A stretch of DNA of 63,034 bases, filler included, from Folioceros fuciformis (lineage: Eukaryota), in assembly GCA_049999805.1 (NCBI GenBank). It is 13 parts of 13 records of this genome, joined end to end, with 100 filler letters (N's around TTAATTAATTAA, not from the genome) between each part and the next. Parts side by side here need not be neighbours in the genome. Positions count along the whole stretch, not along the records: positions 45,378 to 61,710 come from JBNGIO010004991.1; 12 more parts are not named here. One strand, 5' to 3'. Numbering within the stretch: the first letter of the stretch is position 1; every line of letters starts with the position of its first letter. Positions 48,123 through 60,258 of this stretch are shown here, in pieces. The notes under the pieces were generated by a model. That model saw only the letters and a program-made list of their open reading frames with translations, ran no database searches and was not told the origin of the DNA. The translations under genes were made by a program, and so were the position numbers.

Positions 48123-51106
48123 TCCACGTAGGCCTGCAAGGTCTCCTTCCTCCTCCTCAAGGCCTCCAGTTTGGACAGCACGTAGCCCTCTACGTCTATC
48201 CCCCTGAACCTCTCACAAAAGGCCCTCTTTAGCACATCAAAAGTTGCTGGAAATGTGCCGGCCTTGAGGTACTCCCTCCTATACCACTTGGCAAGCCCTC
48301 CACGCAGTACACCATAGAAAAATTGGATGCGCTATGCATCCGCTGATTCCTGGTTAGCAAGGGTTAGCTTCTCAAACTTCTCCACAAATTCATCCGGGTC
48401 CTCATACCCCTTCTTCTCCCCATACAAGGGGTATGGCTGCTTGGTGGACATTGCAACAGCTAGGGTCGCCATGGTGCCTGCACTCACTCCTGCAGTTGCA
48501 AATCCAGCATCTCCGGCCCCAGGAATTTGGCTGATGTTGCTGAATCCCTCAGCTCTTGCACCCCTAAGCTCCTGCACAACCCCAGGTTGAGGATCAAAGG
48601 GCAGACTTGGGTTAGGTTGACCTGAATTAGGCCCCTCTCCCACAGCAGAAAGTTGGGGGTCTTGCTCTAATGTGACTAATTGCCCCCCAGCCTCCTGGTT
48701 TCTTGCCCCTCTCCTCCTCCTTGCTGGTGTATGTCCTGGTTGTGCCCGCCTCAGCTCCCTTCCACTGCTCTTTGCTCACGCTCCAATACTTGTTGTTGCC
48801 TCCTTGCTTGAGCTTGAGCTCCCCCTTCACACCTGGAGTTGAAATCTTTAGCTCCTATGCGAGGCATCCATCAGCCCTCCCACACTCGCTTGTACAATCC
48901 CCTATCCAAGTCAGACCTCTCCAACCCTTGACAACAATGTCACTCCCCGGCAACGACGCCAAAATGTGGAGTGATTCCTTACACCCAAGAACCACCAAGG
49001 GCCACACTTTCCCTTATTATCGTTGCAGTCCTATGAGTCGCTCCCAAGGGAGTGAACTAGTGTCAAGGATTCCTACTATGGCCTATTCTCACGTCCACCT
49101 ATCTGCCGGCTTGACCGCACTCCACCAAAAAGGTCAGTTCCTTATTCTATCTTCAGCTCAACCCACAAACCTCACGCTCCAACACTTCAATCCTTCAGTC
49201 CTTCAATCCTTCAACCCTTCATGATCCCCACTTCAGTCTGTCATGTCTTCACTTAAGTCATTCCCCTTTCACTTCAGCTCACACTCCTGCACTCCGGCAG
49301 CTCAGACTTCACTTCACGTCACCACAATGCTTCCCCGCTTTACTTCAGCTTACCCCTGGAATTTAGGACACAACGGTCTCACTTCTGGCAGTCTTCAAAC
49401 ATGGGTGTGGATACTAGGACTGGATAGCCCCCCTGGCTCATGGTCCTGTCACTTCACCCCCGCCAACCTGCAAAATAGTCAGCCATTACGGATCCGGCCA
49501 CACGGATCTCGGCAGTCTTGGGATCCACCACGTCCCTCTAGTGGCAAGGGGAATCAAGTCCTTGGTTCAGTCTCAAACTGGCTCAGCATCCTAGGCCGAG
49601 AGTCTGCACACAAGGTCAAGGGGAATCTGATCCTTTTCCTCCTGGTGGGAGCCTTCTTTTGTGGGGCCATCCTCTTCCTGGGCTTGGCTGGGGTTTCCTC
49701 CTGCGAGCTATCCCCATTATCAGCTTCCCAACTGCTAGAGGCAGCCCTTACTGGCTCAGCGGGCTTCCACTTCACATCATGAACTAGCTTCCACAGGTGC
49801 AGCGAGGCCAGCCTTTCTAGCTCAATGACCACGTTAGCGTAACTGTACACGTGGATTAGAAACGGGGAAATCATAGAAAGTTCAGGGGTGGGTCGGATTA
49901 GGTTCTGCCTCTCCTCATCCATCCGGGTGTATAAAATCCTTCCCCAGTCGATCTTGGTGCCCTTCACTACTTCATGCACAAACAGGAGCATCTGATCGGA
50001 CAGATAATCCTGTTTGCATACTCGGAAGAAGCTCAGGAACCACCTAGCCAATCCCAACAGCTGGGGACTTGCCATGTCGCGCACCTGCCACCCGTTCGCT
50101 TCCTTTCTCGTGCCTGCCTTGAGCAGTGTTTCCGCCGCTCCCGTTCCGCCACGCCTCTTCAGGGACTCCAGCACCAGCCCCCCTTCCTCCTGTTGGTCAC
50201 GCCCGTAGACCCTCCTGACCAACTCCAAGTTCCATTCCTGGGGTCTGCCTTTGATCCCCTCCTCGCGTACGGGCTCTATTAGCCTCAGGGCGCACTCCCT
50301 GACCAGCTGAGGTGCTGCATGGTTCCACTTCTGGGTCATAAAAGTCAGACCCAGCTCTGCCACCAATTTTCCTGCCCTGACTCTCCAATGCTCCATGTTG
50401 GGCCACAGAAGTAGGTCGATTTGGGGGACAGGAGGTCCCCTCTCCTGTCTAGAGGCTGCTGCTCCAGGGATCAAATCAGGCCGCGACCTCATCCTGCCTG
50501 TCCCCCTCCTCTCGCGTTCGGACTCAAAACTCTTCTGTCCTGGTCGCGCTCTGGCCCTTCCTCTGTTCGCCCAGATCCCTCCACCGCTTGCGCCTTGGAG
50601 GTCTTCCACTCCCCTGCGCCTGCTCGACCCTTACGCCCTGCGCCGTCTGTCCCGTCGTCCTGGCGCTTTCGCCTTCCTTAGCCACTTTATGCTTCAAGTT
50701 ACTCCCGCTCCCCACGCTTCCGGATACTGGACAAAGCTCCCCTTTCTCTAGGGTTTTTATACTCTGCCCTCTTTCTCTTCTTATCGCCCATTCGGCTACC
50801 ACCAGTCGTTCCTCCGGCGACGGTTGCCCTGCCGGCTACCGTCGCCCCGTCGTCTCGGCCCTTACTTTGGCCTACCTTAATGTTCTCAAGGACTCGAGGG
50901 TCAGGGAGGCACTCGCTGCTTCCTCCTTCCTCCTTGTCCCGATCTCCAGTACACCCCAAACCCCGAAGCCCAAGGTGGACTTTGGGTATAAACACCCTGG
51001 TCTTACTCGCTTACTAAGCCGATTCGCCTGTCCCTTCACAAAAAGAATCACAACCTGCTCATTCCGTCGCTCAAAATGGGGATTCCGAAAGTTTTTTTCG
51101 TTCACA
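48123..51106 (-). mobile_element. Athila/Phygy-like gypsy: LTR 51106-48965 (TGTGAA...TCCACA, internally deleted or chimeric), tRNA-Asp PBS (48944-48961), gag fragment
   Basis: Plus-strand TCCCCGGCAACGACGCCA has one mismatch to the plant tRNA-Asp 3' end. Gag reads YPLYGEKKGYEDPDEFVEKFE...LRGGLAKWY...FDVLKRAFCERF. Confidence 0.85.
49554..50492 (-). CDS. LTR-borne extra ORF, N-terminal domain (Athila ORF2 / PF20167 Transposase_32-like by motif pattern); truncated at ~49628
   Basis: Open frame with QLVRECALRL, IKGRPQEWNLELVRRVYG, LARWFLSFF, VKGTKIDWGRILY, MISPFLIHVY. Homologues at 55.5-55.9 kb and 59.3-60.2 kb. Domain assignment is by eye. Confidence 0.7.
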   Translation of the reverse strand: MRSRPDLIPGAAASRQERGPPVPQIDLLLWPNMEHWRVRAGKLVAELGLTFMTQKWNHAAPQLVRECALRLIEPVREEGIKGRPQEWNLELVRRVYGRDQQEEGGLVLESLKRRGGTGAAETLLKAGTRKEANGWQVRDMASPQLLGLARWFLSFFRVCKQDYLSDQMLLFVHEVVKGTKIDWGRILYTRMDEERQNLIRPTPELSMISPFLIHVYSYANVVIELERLASLHLWKLVHDVKWKPAEPVRAASSSWEADNGDSSQEETPAKPRKRMAPQKKAPTRRKRIRFPLTLCADSRPRMLSQFETEPRT

Positions 51107-54100
51107 ACCTTTCTCCCCCAACGATTTGTCTTTCGAAGTAGAGGAGTACTTCTTCTTCCCCCTCGAATTTCTTTTTTTTCCTTCACAACTCTGTTTTCCC
51201 TCCTTGCGCGTCTTCTTCCTTACCTCAGCATTGGACTCCTCATAATTCAATGCCGCCCGTATTGCCCTCTCCAGATCCTTTTCTACTTGCAGACGAACGT
51301 GCCTTCCCATTGCTGACCCCAATCCTCGCGCGAACCATCGGATAGCCATCAACTCTGAATGAGGCCCTGCTCGATCTCGCAGACTATGGAATCTTTCCAC
51401 ATACGCTTGCAGCGTCTCCTTTTACCTTCGCCGCAGCCTCTCTAGCTTGGACAGAACACACCCTTCCACGTCCACCCCTCAAAATCTTTCACATAATGCT
51501 CTTTTGAGCGCGTCGAAGGTGGCTGGCGGTGTTGCTGTCTTGAGGTATTCTCTCTTGTACCATTTGGCAGCGGCCCCCTGTAGGACTCCATAGAACAATT
51601 GTACACGCTGCGCATCGTTCGCCTCCTGGTTTGAGATGGTCAGCTGTTCAAAACGCTCCACAAGATCATCAGGATCTTCATACCCCTTTTTCTCCCCATA
51701 TAGAAGGTATGACTGTTTAGTGGTCACGGCAACTAGAGCGGTGTTCATGACTACTGTTGCGGTGCGAGCTACCAAAGTAGTTGCTATGGCTACCGCACCC
51801 TCACCAGCTTCTATACCCACAAAGTTTGTCTGAGCCAAGACGGGTTTGGGTGGACTAGGTTGAGCCACAATTTCCACCGCGGGTCGTAATTGGGAGCACC
51901 CAACCCCAAATACCTCTTCTTCCTCCTCAACTAGTTCAGGCAGCAGTTGCCTTCCCCAAGTAGCTAGACTCCTTGGCTCCCTCCGCCGTACAGCCGACAC
52001 GTGTTCTCATTGCGTCAGCTGCGTAACTCGCTACAGACGCTCTAGTGTCTGGCGTTGTTGCCTCTCTAACAGTGGTTCCCCTAAGTCAGACTTTGAGTCG
52101 CTGATCCTTTCACGAGGCATCCATCAACCACGGTTACACAAACTTTTCCCCCCAGCAAGTTCTACGCTTCCCCACTCAGCTGTTAGTCACTCCTACCTGC
52201 GTATTCTAACATCTATTCATTCCCCAGCAACGGCGCCAAAATGTGGGGGAAAATATTGCACCCGGGGGTGCTGCGAGGTCCACATAAACCCTCTTTGTCG
52301 TTATAGCACTGGGATCCGATCCCAAGGGAATGATTTGTGATAAATAACGCAGGTTGTCTCACAAAGTCAGCTACTACCCTAGGTCAGGCTCGCACGGTTA
52401 CTACTACCACATACCCGGCCACCTTGCTACCACCTGGCTACTCTGTCGCCCTAACGACTACCACTATTCTCGACTACTTTCGTCGCCCGACCGGCTACCC
52501 TAGTGGGGTCCACACACCCTCTCTCTTCTTCCCCCGGACCCATGCCTCTTTCTCTCTCCACCCCCTCTTCCTACTTATCCCATGACTCACTTTTCCGGCT
52601 TATGCCTCCTAACGATCGAGATCCGTCGTAGACCTCTCTCTTCCCTCTTACTGGCGATCACCCTTTCCTCGCAACACGCACCCCTCCGTCCGCTCACATC
52701 CACTCACTGCCCCTCTCAGAGATCTAAGGCGCTCAGCTCACACCCACGCACACACACGCACACACACACAGGGAGACACGAACCTTCACCTACGTACCCG
52801 ATCCTTAATCAGTCAACACGCTCCCCTCCACTACCGCGTTTGACTCGCATCCTCTGGACCCGACCTCTCGCATCCGCTCGTACGTCCCTGTACTTTAGTC
52901 ACATAGACACCGGTGAACTTCTCTTCACCTCATAACAATTCGTCACGGCACATAAACACATCTAGTTCTCATCACCCTCCTGCTTTATTTACTTGCTAGT
53001 CAGTCACGGTTACACCCCCGCGGCGCTCACTCTCACCACTCCAATTTTTCAGTTCCTTAGCTACACTCTCGACTCACTGCCACTCACACACAGTCAATCC
53101 AATCGTTCAGTTTCACAACTTCTTCCTTCGATCATCACCACAACCATGTTCTGCATCCAACACACAACCCTCGACACACTCTCAATCTTTAATCCACTCA
53201 CGACTCTCGTCTTCTCTCACCAATGCGCCCCGTTTGGGCCTTCTCTTCTCTCCGAAGTTTGAAGAGGTGGTGGGTCACCGAAGGCTAAGGGAAGGGTTAT
53301 CCGCTTCCACTCCGAACTTGCGGATTTGGCCTCCAGCACCTTTTCCACCCCACGCAACCGTCACAGGAATAGCTGGGGAGCTTGTCTCCCACTCAGTGAG
53401 GTCTCCCCTCCCGATTCGTTCCCGGTTTCCGATTACGAAGCATCCACCATCTGCACCCGCACCCTCAGAACACTACGTGCGCTCGCTTGCCTGGACCTCT
53501 TGTCCAGCAACGGCCATCACTAGGCTTCCACATGGTCGGAATGTCTAGTTGGTTTCTTGCTGATTTTCCCGAGGCCTCAAACTGGCCTCTTGTACACGGT
53601 AGTGGCGGTCTTTCCGCCATAAAGTTTGTCAGGAGTCAGTCAGCGCTCTTAAATTCTAAGCGGCTTAGGTCCAAGCAAAAACAATCTAAAAAAAACTAGT
53701 CTAGATTGTAATTACTATCGCCTCCCTCTTTGCCATTGGCGCCTTCCTCCTGGCCGTCGCGCTCCTCCCCCTACTGGTCCGCCTCTAGTCCTCCTGCCCC
53801 GCCGCTGGTCAGGCAGGATCTCCCACAAGACCTCCACCTCACTACTGTTGCTGCTGGCCCTTGCTGGCGGCGGCGCAGGTGGGTCCTGTTGCAGGAAATT
53901 CCTCTCCTCCCTCCGTTGCCGATTACTGAGGATGAGGACAAGCTCCCGTTCAACCCACCGCTGCACCTCCTCCTTCGTCAGTTCCTCCAAGACTGCCTCA
54001 GAATAGTAGTGAGGCAGCCCCCATACCCACCAGCGGTAGTAGTAGATGCCCCTACGGGTCTTCAATTGTAGGCTATAGCCCCGCGTCCCCCCTGTGCCCA

Positions 54101-55907
54101 CGCGTACATACGAAAACAACTTCAGAACTCGGGCTCCCTCCACATAGAGGCCTGGCACATAAGAAGCCTCCTCCTCATACTGCAGCATAACCTGACCCCC
54201 TATCATAAGGGAGGTGCTTACCCCTTCCTCCCTTGGGCTACTTCGGGCCGCCTGACCCTTGCTCTCATGGGGTACCTGAGAGTCCTCCATTCCTCCGGCT
54301 GCTACTACTTCCTCCAGCTCTGTCTGCCTGGTGCGAGTCACCCTCCAGGAGCGCCTGAGCACAGGCGCCCTTGCTCTTGCTGCTTCGGCTACCGGGGTCG
54401 TGACTTCGGCTACCGGGGTCGCACCACCCCTTCCGGTAGCCCCTTCAACTGCCTGGGCAGCACGAGACTACCAATAGCCTCGCCGGCTACCGAATCTGAC
54501 ATGCGACTACCGGTAGCCCCCCCAGCTACCGGTTGTGAAACTAGACTATCGGTAGCCCCTTCGGCTACCGGTTCTGAAATTGGACTACCGGTAGCCCCTC
54601 CGGCTACCAGCGTCGCCGTCCGACCACAGCGCCCGGCCTTGCCCTTCCCTTTTACTAGCTCCCTAGCCTCATTCTGCTCCCAATTGTACCTGTCCACCAG
54701 CTTCTGGGCTTGTTCCATCGCAACCATCTCCTGCTCCTGAGCCTCGGCCAACTCCTGCTGTATTTCCAAATTAGTTTCAAGGGCTACCCTCACCTGAGCT
54801 AGGAGCGACTCCTATTGCTCCATCAGTGCCTGGATCTCTACCTTGGCCTGGCGCGCCTCTCCCTCTGCTTGTGCCTTGTCCTCACTCAGGACCCGCCGCT
54901 CTTCTTTGAGAAGCTGTCGTGCCGTTTCAGACTCTGCCAGCCGTCTCCAGGCTTCGGATTCCTTTCCTCTTGCCTCTGCCTCTCCACTTCGGGCCTTGGC
55001 CTCCTTCTCCGCCTGCCTGCTTAGCTAGGTCAATGCCCTAGCCACCTGGTCCAACACGTCTGCCTGGGCCCGCACCACGGCTGAGGTTAGTCCTGGCAGA
55101 TCCACCTCCTGCGACTCCATAGGGGCTATTCCCCTCTTGCTTATTTGCCTCCCCATGAGCGCTCGTATCTTCTCTAGCTCCTCCGCCTGCAACCTATCCA
55201 CCTAAGGGATCTTCCTAAAAACATCTTCCCATTCTAGAAAGGCTTCCTGCTTCGGATCATGCCCTAATTCCCTCCTTCCCTCAGGAGGGGTCACTTCCAT
55301 CACTGGCTCCTGAGTTGCCTCTAGTTCCCCTTCGTTCAGTTCCTGCTCTACCGGCCCTTGATTTGCTGTTTCTCGGACGGCTTCCTGCTCCGCCTCAGTT
55401 CGTTCCAGGCCTACCTCCTATGACACCAACCCGCTCCCTTTTCTGACCACCTGACTACTGGCCCGTCTCCTCTTGGCGGGAGCTTTTTTTCCTGACCCTA
55501 CCTTTGTCTTCTACCTAGCAGGGGTCTCCTCCTCCGAACAGTCCGCATCGCCTACCTCCCAGCTGCTAGAGTCGGCTCCTGCCGGCCCGGCGGCTACCAC
55601 TTCACATCTCTTATTGGTCTCCAAATGTGTAGTGAGGCGAGGACTTCTAGCTCAGACACGAGATTAGCATAGCAGCAGATATGAATTAGAAAGGGAGAAA
55701 TCATTGAAGGTTGGGGAGAGGACAGGGTTAGATTCTGCCTTTCTTCATCCATCCTGGCGTATAAGATTTTCCCCCAGTCCACCTTGCTCCCTTTTACCAC
55801 CTCGTGCACAAACAGGAGCATTTGGTCGGACAGATAATCCTGCTTACGGACTTGCAGAAAACATAGGAACCATCTGGCCAGACCCATCAGCTGCGGGTTG
55901 GCACACT
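51107..55907 (-). mobile_element. Athila/Phygy-like gypsy: long family B LTR (from >=55907 to 52242) holding the 3' part of the extra ORF (55887-53715, decayed), tRNA-Asp PBS (52221-52238), gag (~52120-51107)
   Basis: TCCCCAGCAACGGCGCCA-AAA-TGTGGGGG. Gag YGEKKGYEDPDDLVERFE...WFARGL. ORF pieces DYLSDQMLLFVHEVVKG, a coiled coil, and YVPGLYVEG...WGLPHYYSEAVLEEL. Confidence 0.85.
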
Positions 55908-56387
55908 AAGGGGTGCCGACTTGGTGCCTGGCAAGAAACTCCCTCTATATTGAATGACCCACATCGTCCCTTCCTCATCCACATGTATGCTGATCAACAC
56001 TTAGAGCAAACGCGACACAGAAAGCAAGAAGACTGGTGCATATCACTAAGCACACCTAACCATGGTCGATGACATAACAGACCATGGGGGGAGCCATGGG
56101 AAGATGTGACCGTTCCCCGGGCTGTGAAATCAACAGCGTGCACGGTGCAATGGAGGCGAGTGTGTGCAGAAGGTGTATGCGTTCCATAATCACCAGCAAA
56201 AGGTACAATGCAAGAGCTTGGCCGCGCCTTGCGCTGCCGCCAACACACTACATGCATTGAAATTTTCATAAATTTGTGTGTGCAGTAAGACCTACGCATC
56301 ACTTTACACTAGCACGTCGTGCTGAAGCAAGGACCTTGGCAACAAAGGGACACTGGGGGAGGTTTCTATGCTAGCCTCATAACACAA

Positions 56388-59300
56388 TGTGGAGGAAAAT
56401 ATTATGCCGAGGGGCACTGCGAGGTCCACACAAACCCTCTATGTTGTTGTAGTCGTGGGATTCGATCCCAAGGGAATGATTTGTGCCAAATAACACAGGT
56501 TTCTTCTAAAATCGTCTCTTGCCTAGGTCAAGTCTTACCTACCCCCAATTCCACTACCTCCAGGTTCCACTACCACTACCCCTTAGGTGGCCTAGCTACC
56601 ACAAACTTAACTCTATGGCTCCAAGCCTCATTCCTCCACTGAGGTAGGGGTCTCTACAACTACTGGCTCCTCTGTGACCGGTAGGGGTCTCCACAACCGG
56701 CAGTAGGTTCCACCATCGTGGTGGGTCCCACATCATTTTGGCTAACACACGTTGTTTATGGTATCATCGTGGGTTTCTACTCGGGGGTTTCTGCCCGATT
56801 CCCCGGAGTAGCTAGTTGGGATTACTTATCACTCCATAGTTCACACTTAGACAGTCCGGTTCCACGAGCATGTACACCTCATGCCCGAAACCACACAACA
56901 CCTTCACACATACTTGATTCCAACCTACAGTCACTCCTTACAGCTCACTCGTATTTTCCGCAACATCCACAATTCCTCAAGCAGTCTTCCAACAGTCTCT
57001 CACACCACATACTTCAACGTCAAACTCCTTCAGCGATTCCTCAATGATTCCGTCACAGCCTCGACACACTCTCGAATACTCAACATTCATAGCACGCTCA
57101 TTCGCGGTCAACAGTTCGGGAAGTAAGGAAAGGAGAGACACCCCTTCCTCCCCGTAGTCAGCGGATTCGCCTCCCTCCCTACAGACACCGCGGTCTCTCA
57201 CCTTCACGTCTTGACACACACACTCACTTGATCTCTTATCTCCTTCTCACTCGCTCATATCTTACTCACTCATTTATACCCTCATCAGCTCCAGGTTGCA
57301 GTCAAAAGCCGGGAAATAAGGGAAGGACATGATCTCCCTCCACTCCGTGATCGGCGGATTCGTCTCCCTCCTTCGACTCCAACACACACTCAGCTCACAC
57401 CTCGTCTCACTCCTTACCTCTGTATTTGAAAAGTGGTTGGGGAGTCAGGGGATAAGAGAAGCGGGCGCGCCCTCCTTCCACTCTGCAGTCGGCAAATTTG
57501 TCCCCCTCACCTCAACCACCAAGCGCAACGCGGTCCTTCTGGAATAGTAGGGAAGTTTGGCTTCCACTTGGTGAGGACCCGCCCACCGATTCGTCCCCAA
57601 AACCACTCGTCGCAGAGCAGAGGAACCTCGCACACCACCACCCAAGAACACCGCACGCGCTCACCTGCCCGGATCTCCTTATCCGGCAGTGGCCATCGCC
57701 AAGCTTCTTGCTACTCAGTGAGGCGCCAACAGGCCTCTTGTACAGGATGGCGGGTCCGTAGCTGCCATTAAGTTTGCTCCGCGGACAGGGGGCACTCTTA
57801 ATTATGAGCGCCATTAGGTCCAAGAAAATCCTCCAGATCCTATAGGATTCTATTCTATGATGCAATTACTATGGCCTATCTTATCGCCGCGCCCGCCTCC
57901 CGTCCGGCCGTCGCGCTGCTCCTCTCGCTCCCCAACCTCGAGCCCTCCTCCCTCGCCGTTGGTAAGGCAGATCCTCCCAGAGGATTTCTACCTTGCCGCT
58001 GCTTGACCTTTCCCGTGGCGGCGTGGGTGGGTCTCGTTGAGGGGGACTCCTTCTCTCCTCCCGTCGCCTGTTGCTGAGGGTCATTACGGGCTCTCACTCA
58101 ACCCACGCTCGTGCCTCCTCCTCCGTCAACTCCTCCAGGACTGCCTCTGAATAGTAGGGAGGCAGTCCCCACACTTGGCAACAGTGGTAGAAGGGCCCCC
58201 TGCAAGTCCTCAACTGCAGGCAATAAGCCCTTGTCCCTCCTAGTTCCACACGCACATGGACAGTCACGTTTAGCACACGGTCCCCATCCACATAAAGCCC
58301 AGGAACATAAGTGGCCTCATCTGGATACTGCAATACAATCTGATCCTCTGTTGTGGATGAGGTGCTTACCCCCTCCTCCCGTGGGCTATCCCAGACTGCC
58401 TGCCTTCTGCTTTCCAGTGGCACTGGAAGATCTTCCATTCCCCCAGCTGCTGCTCTGCCCTGCTCCGTCCTCCTGGTGCGGGTTGCCATTCCAGCTCTAC
58501 GGGTTGCGGGCTCCTTGACGATTGCTGCCTCCTCTACCTTGGTCAGACTCTCCTCTACTGGCATGGTCTCTCTCCGACCTGTAGCCTCTTCGGCTACCTC
58601 CGTCGCAACTCAGCTACTTCACCGAGTCTTGGCTTTTCCCTTCACTCGGCTCTGGGCTTCGTCCCGTTCCCGCTTGTACCTGTCCGCCAACTTTTGCACC
58701 TTCTCTACTGCAACTGCCTCTTGTTCCTGGGCCCTTAGCAACTCCTACTACATTTCTTGGTTGGTCCCATGGGCTTCTCTCACTTGTGCCAGAAGCAATT
58801 CTTGTTGCTCCTTTAACGTCTGCATTTCCTCTCAGGCTTGGCGGGCTTCTTCTTCTACTTGCTCCTTGGCCGCACTCAAGGCCTGCCAAATCTCTTCCAG
58901 TTGCTGCCGACTTGCGTCAGCCTTTGTCAGCTTTTCCTTCACCTCTGCTTCCTTCTGCCCTACATACTTAACCATGTCAGTGCCTTGGCAGCTTGGTCCA
59001 ACATCTCCGCATGTGCCTGCACCATTGCCGCAGTCAGGCCAAGCAAGTCCACCTGCTGTGGCTCGCCCCCAGAAGCCATCCTCCTGTCTAGGGTCTGCCT
59101 CCCTAACAGCGCACGAACTCTGGCCAGATCCTCTGCCTGTAGCCTAGTCACCAAAGGGACACTCCTGAAAATCCCTTCCCATCCTGGAAAGGATTCCTCC
59201 TCCTGCACTTGCCTTAACTTGCCCGCCACCTCAGCCGGGCCCGCTTCGTCTCCTAGCACCTTTTCCTGAGGTGCCTCCAATGCTTTTTCGGCTAGCTCCC

Positions 59301-60258
59301 GAATGACTTCCTACTGCGCTGATTCCCTCGACACTTTGGCGACTCGCCCACCAACTTTCCTCTTCTTGGCAGGGGTCTTCCGCCTTGCTCCTGCCTTCCA
59401 CTTCCCACTGGTCGGGGCTTCCTCCTCTGAGCTTCCCGTGGCTCCCAATTCCCAACTGCTGGTGCCGGCCTCTTCCTTTGGTTCCTCCAGCTTCCACTTT
59501 ATTTCCTTGACTAGCTTCCACATACGCAGCAAGGCAACCACTTCAATCTCAGGTAAGGTGTTAGCGTGACAATACAAGTGAACAAGGAACAGGGAGATCA
59601 TCGACGGTCGGGGAGAGGGGGAGGCCAGGTTCTGCCTCTCCTCATTCAGTCTGTCATAAAGGATTTTTCCCCAATCAACCCGACTGCCCTTGACCACCTC
59701 GTGCAAAAATAAAAGCATTTGGTCAGAGAGGTAGTCTTGCTTCCTGGTCTGTAGGAAGCGTAAGAGCCACCTCGCCAGCCCCATGAGCTAGGCAGTCGCC
59801 ATCTCCCTTGCCAACCAACTGTTGGCTTCTCTCCCGATTCCTTCCTTGAACAATGCCGCCGCTACTGCTGTGGTGCTACGTTTCTTCATCGATTCGAGGA
59901 CCTGTCCCCCTGCCTCCTCTTGGCTGTGCCCATACACCGTCCGCACCAGGTCCACGCTCTAGTCTTGTGGGTTTCCTCGAATTCCCTCCTCCTTCACCGG
60001 GTCTCTCAACCGCTGAGCGCACTCCTGCACCAGGCCAGGAGCTGCGTGATTCTAGTGCTGGGCCATGAACCCGAGGCCCAGCTCTTCCACCAGCCCTCCG
60101 GCTCTGGCCTACCAGTGGTGCATGTTTGGCGAGAAGGCGACCTCGACTCGCGGCACAAGGACCTGCTCCTCGCCCGCTGGCACCCTCTCCACAGTGGACC
60201 TCTCCTTCTTCATCCTTCTCTGTCTTCTCTCCGTCCTGCTTGTCTCCACTGGGTTGGT
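56388..60258 (-). mobile_element. Second family B LTR (no PBS) containing the complete but decayed extra ORF (60213 to ~57881, ~775 codons)
   Basis: TGTGGAGGAAAATATT terminus is homologous to 52242. ORF fragments are collinear with the other copies. Cut at 60259 by a family D LTR. Confidence 0.82.

Noticed and set aside
48944-48961. tRNA-Asp gene (also 52221-52238)
   Set aside because: Only the 3' 18 nt including CCA are present, directly beside an LTR end; this is a primer-binding site.
49554-50492. True envelope gene or DNA transposase
   Set aside because: No signal peptide, TM helix or DDE motif is visible; the Transposase_32 name is a Pfam label, not evidence of activity.
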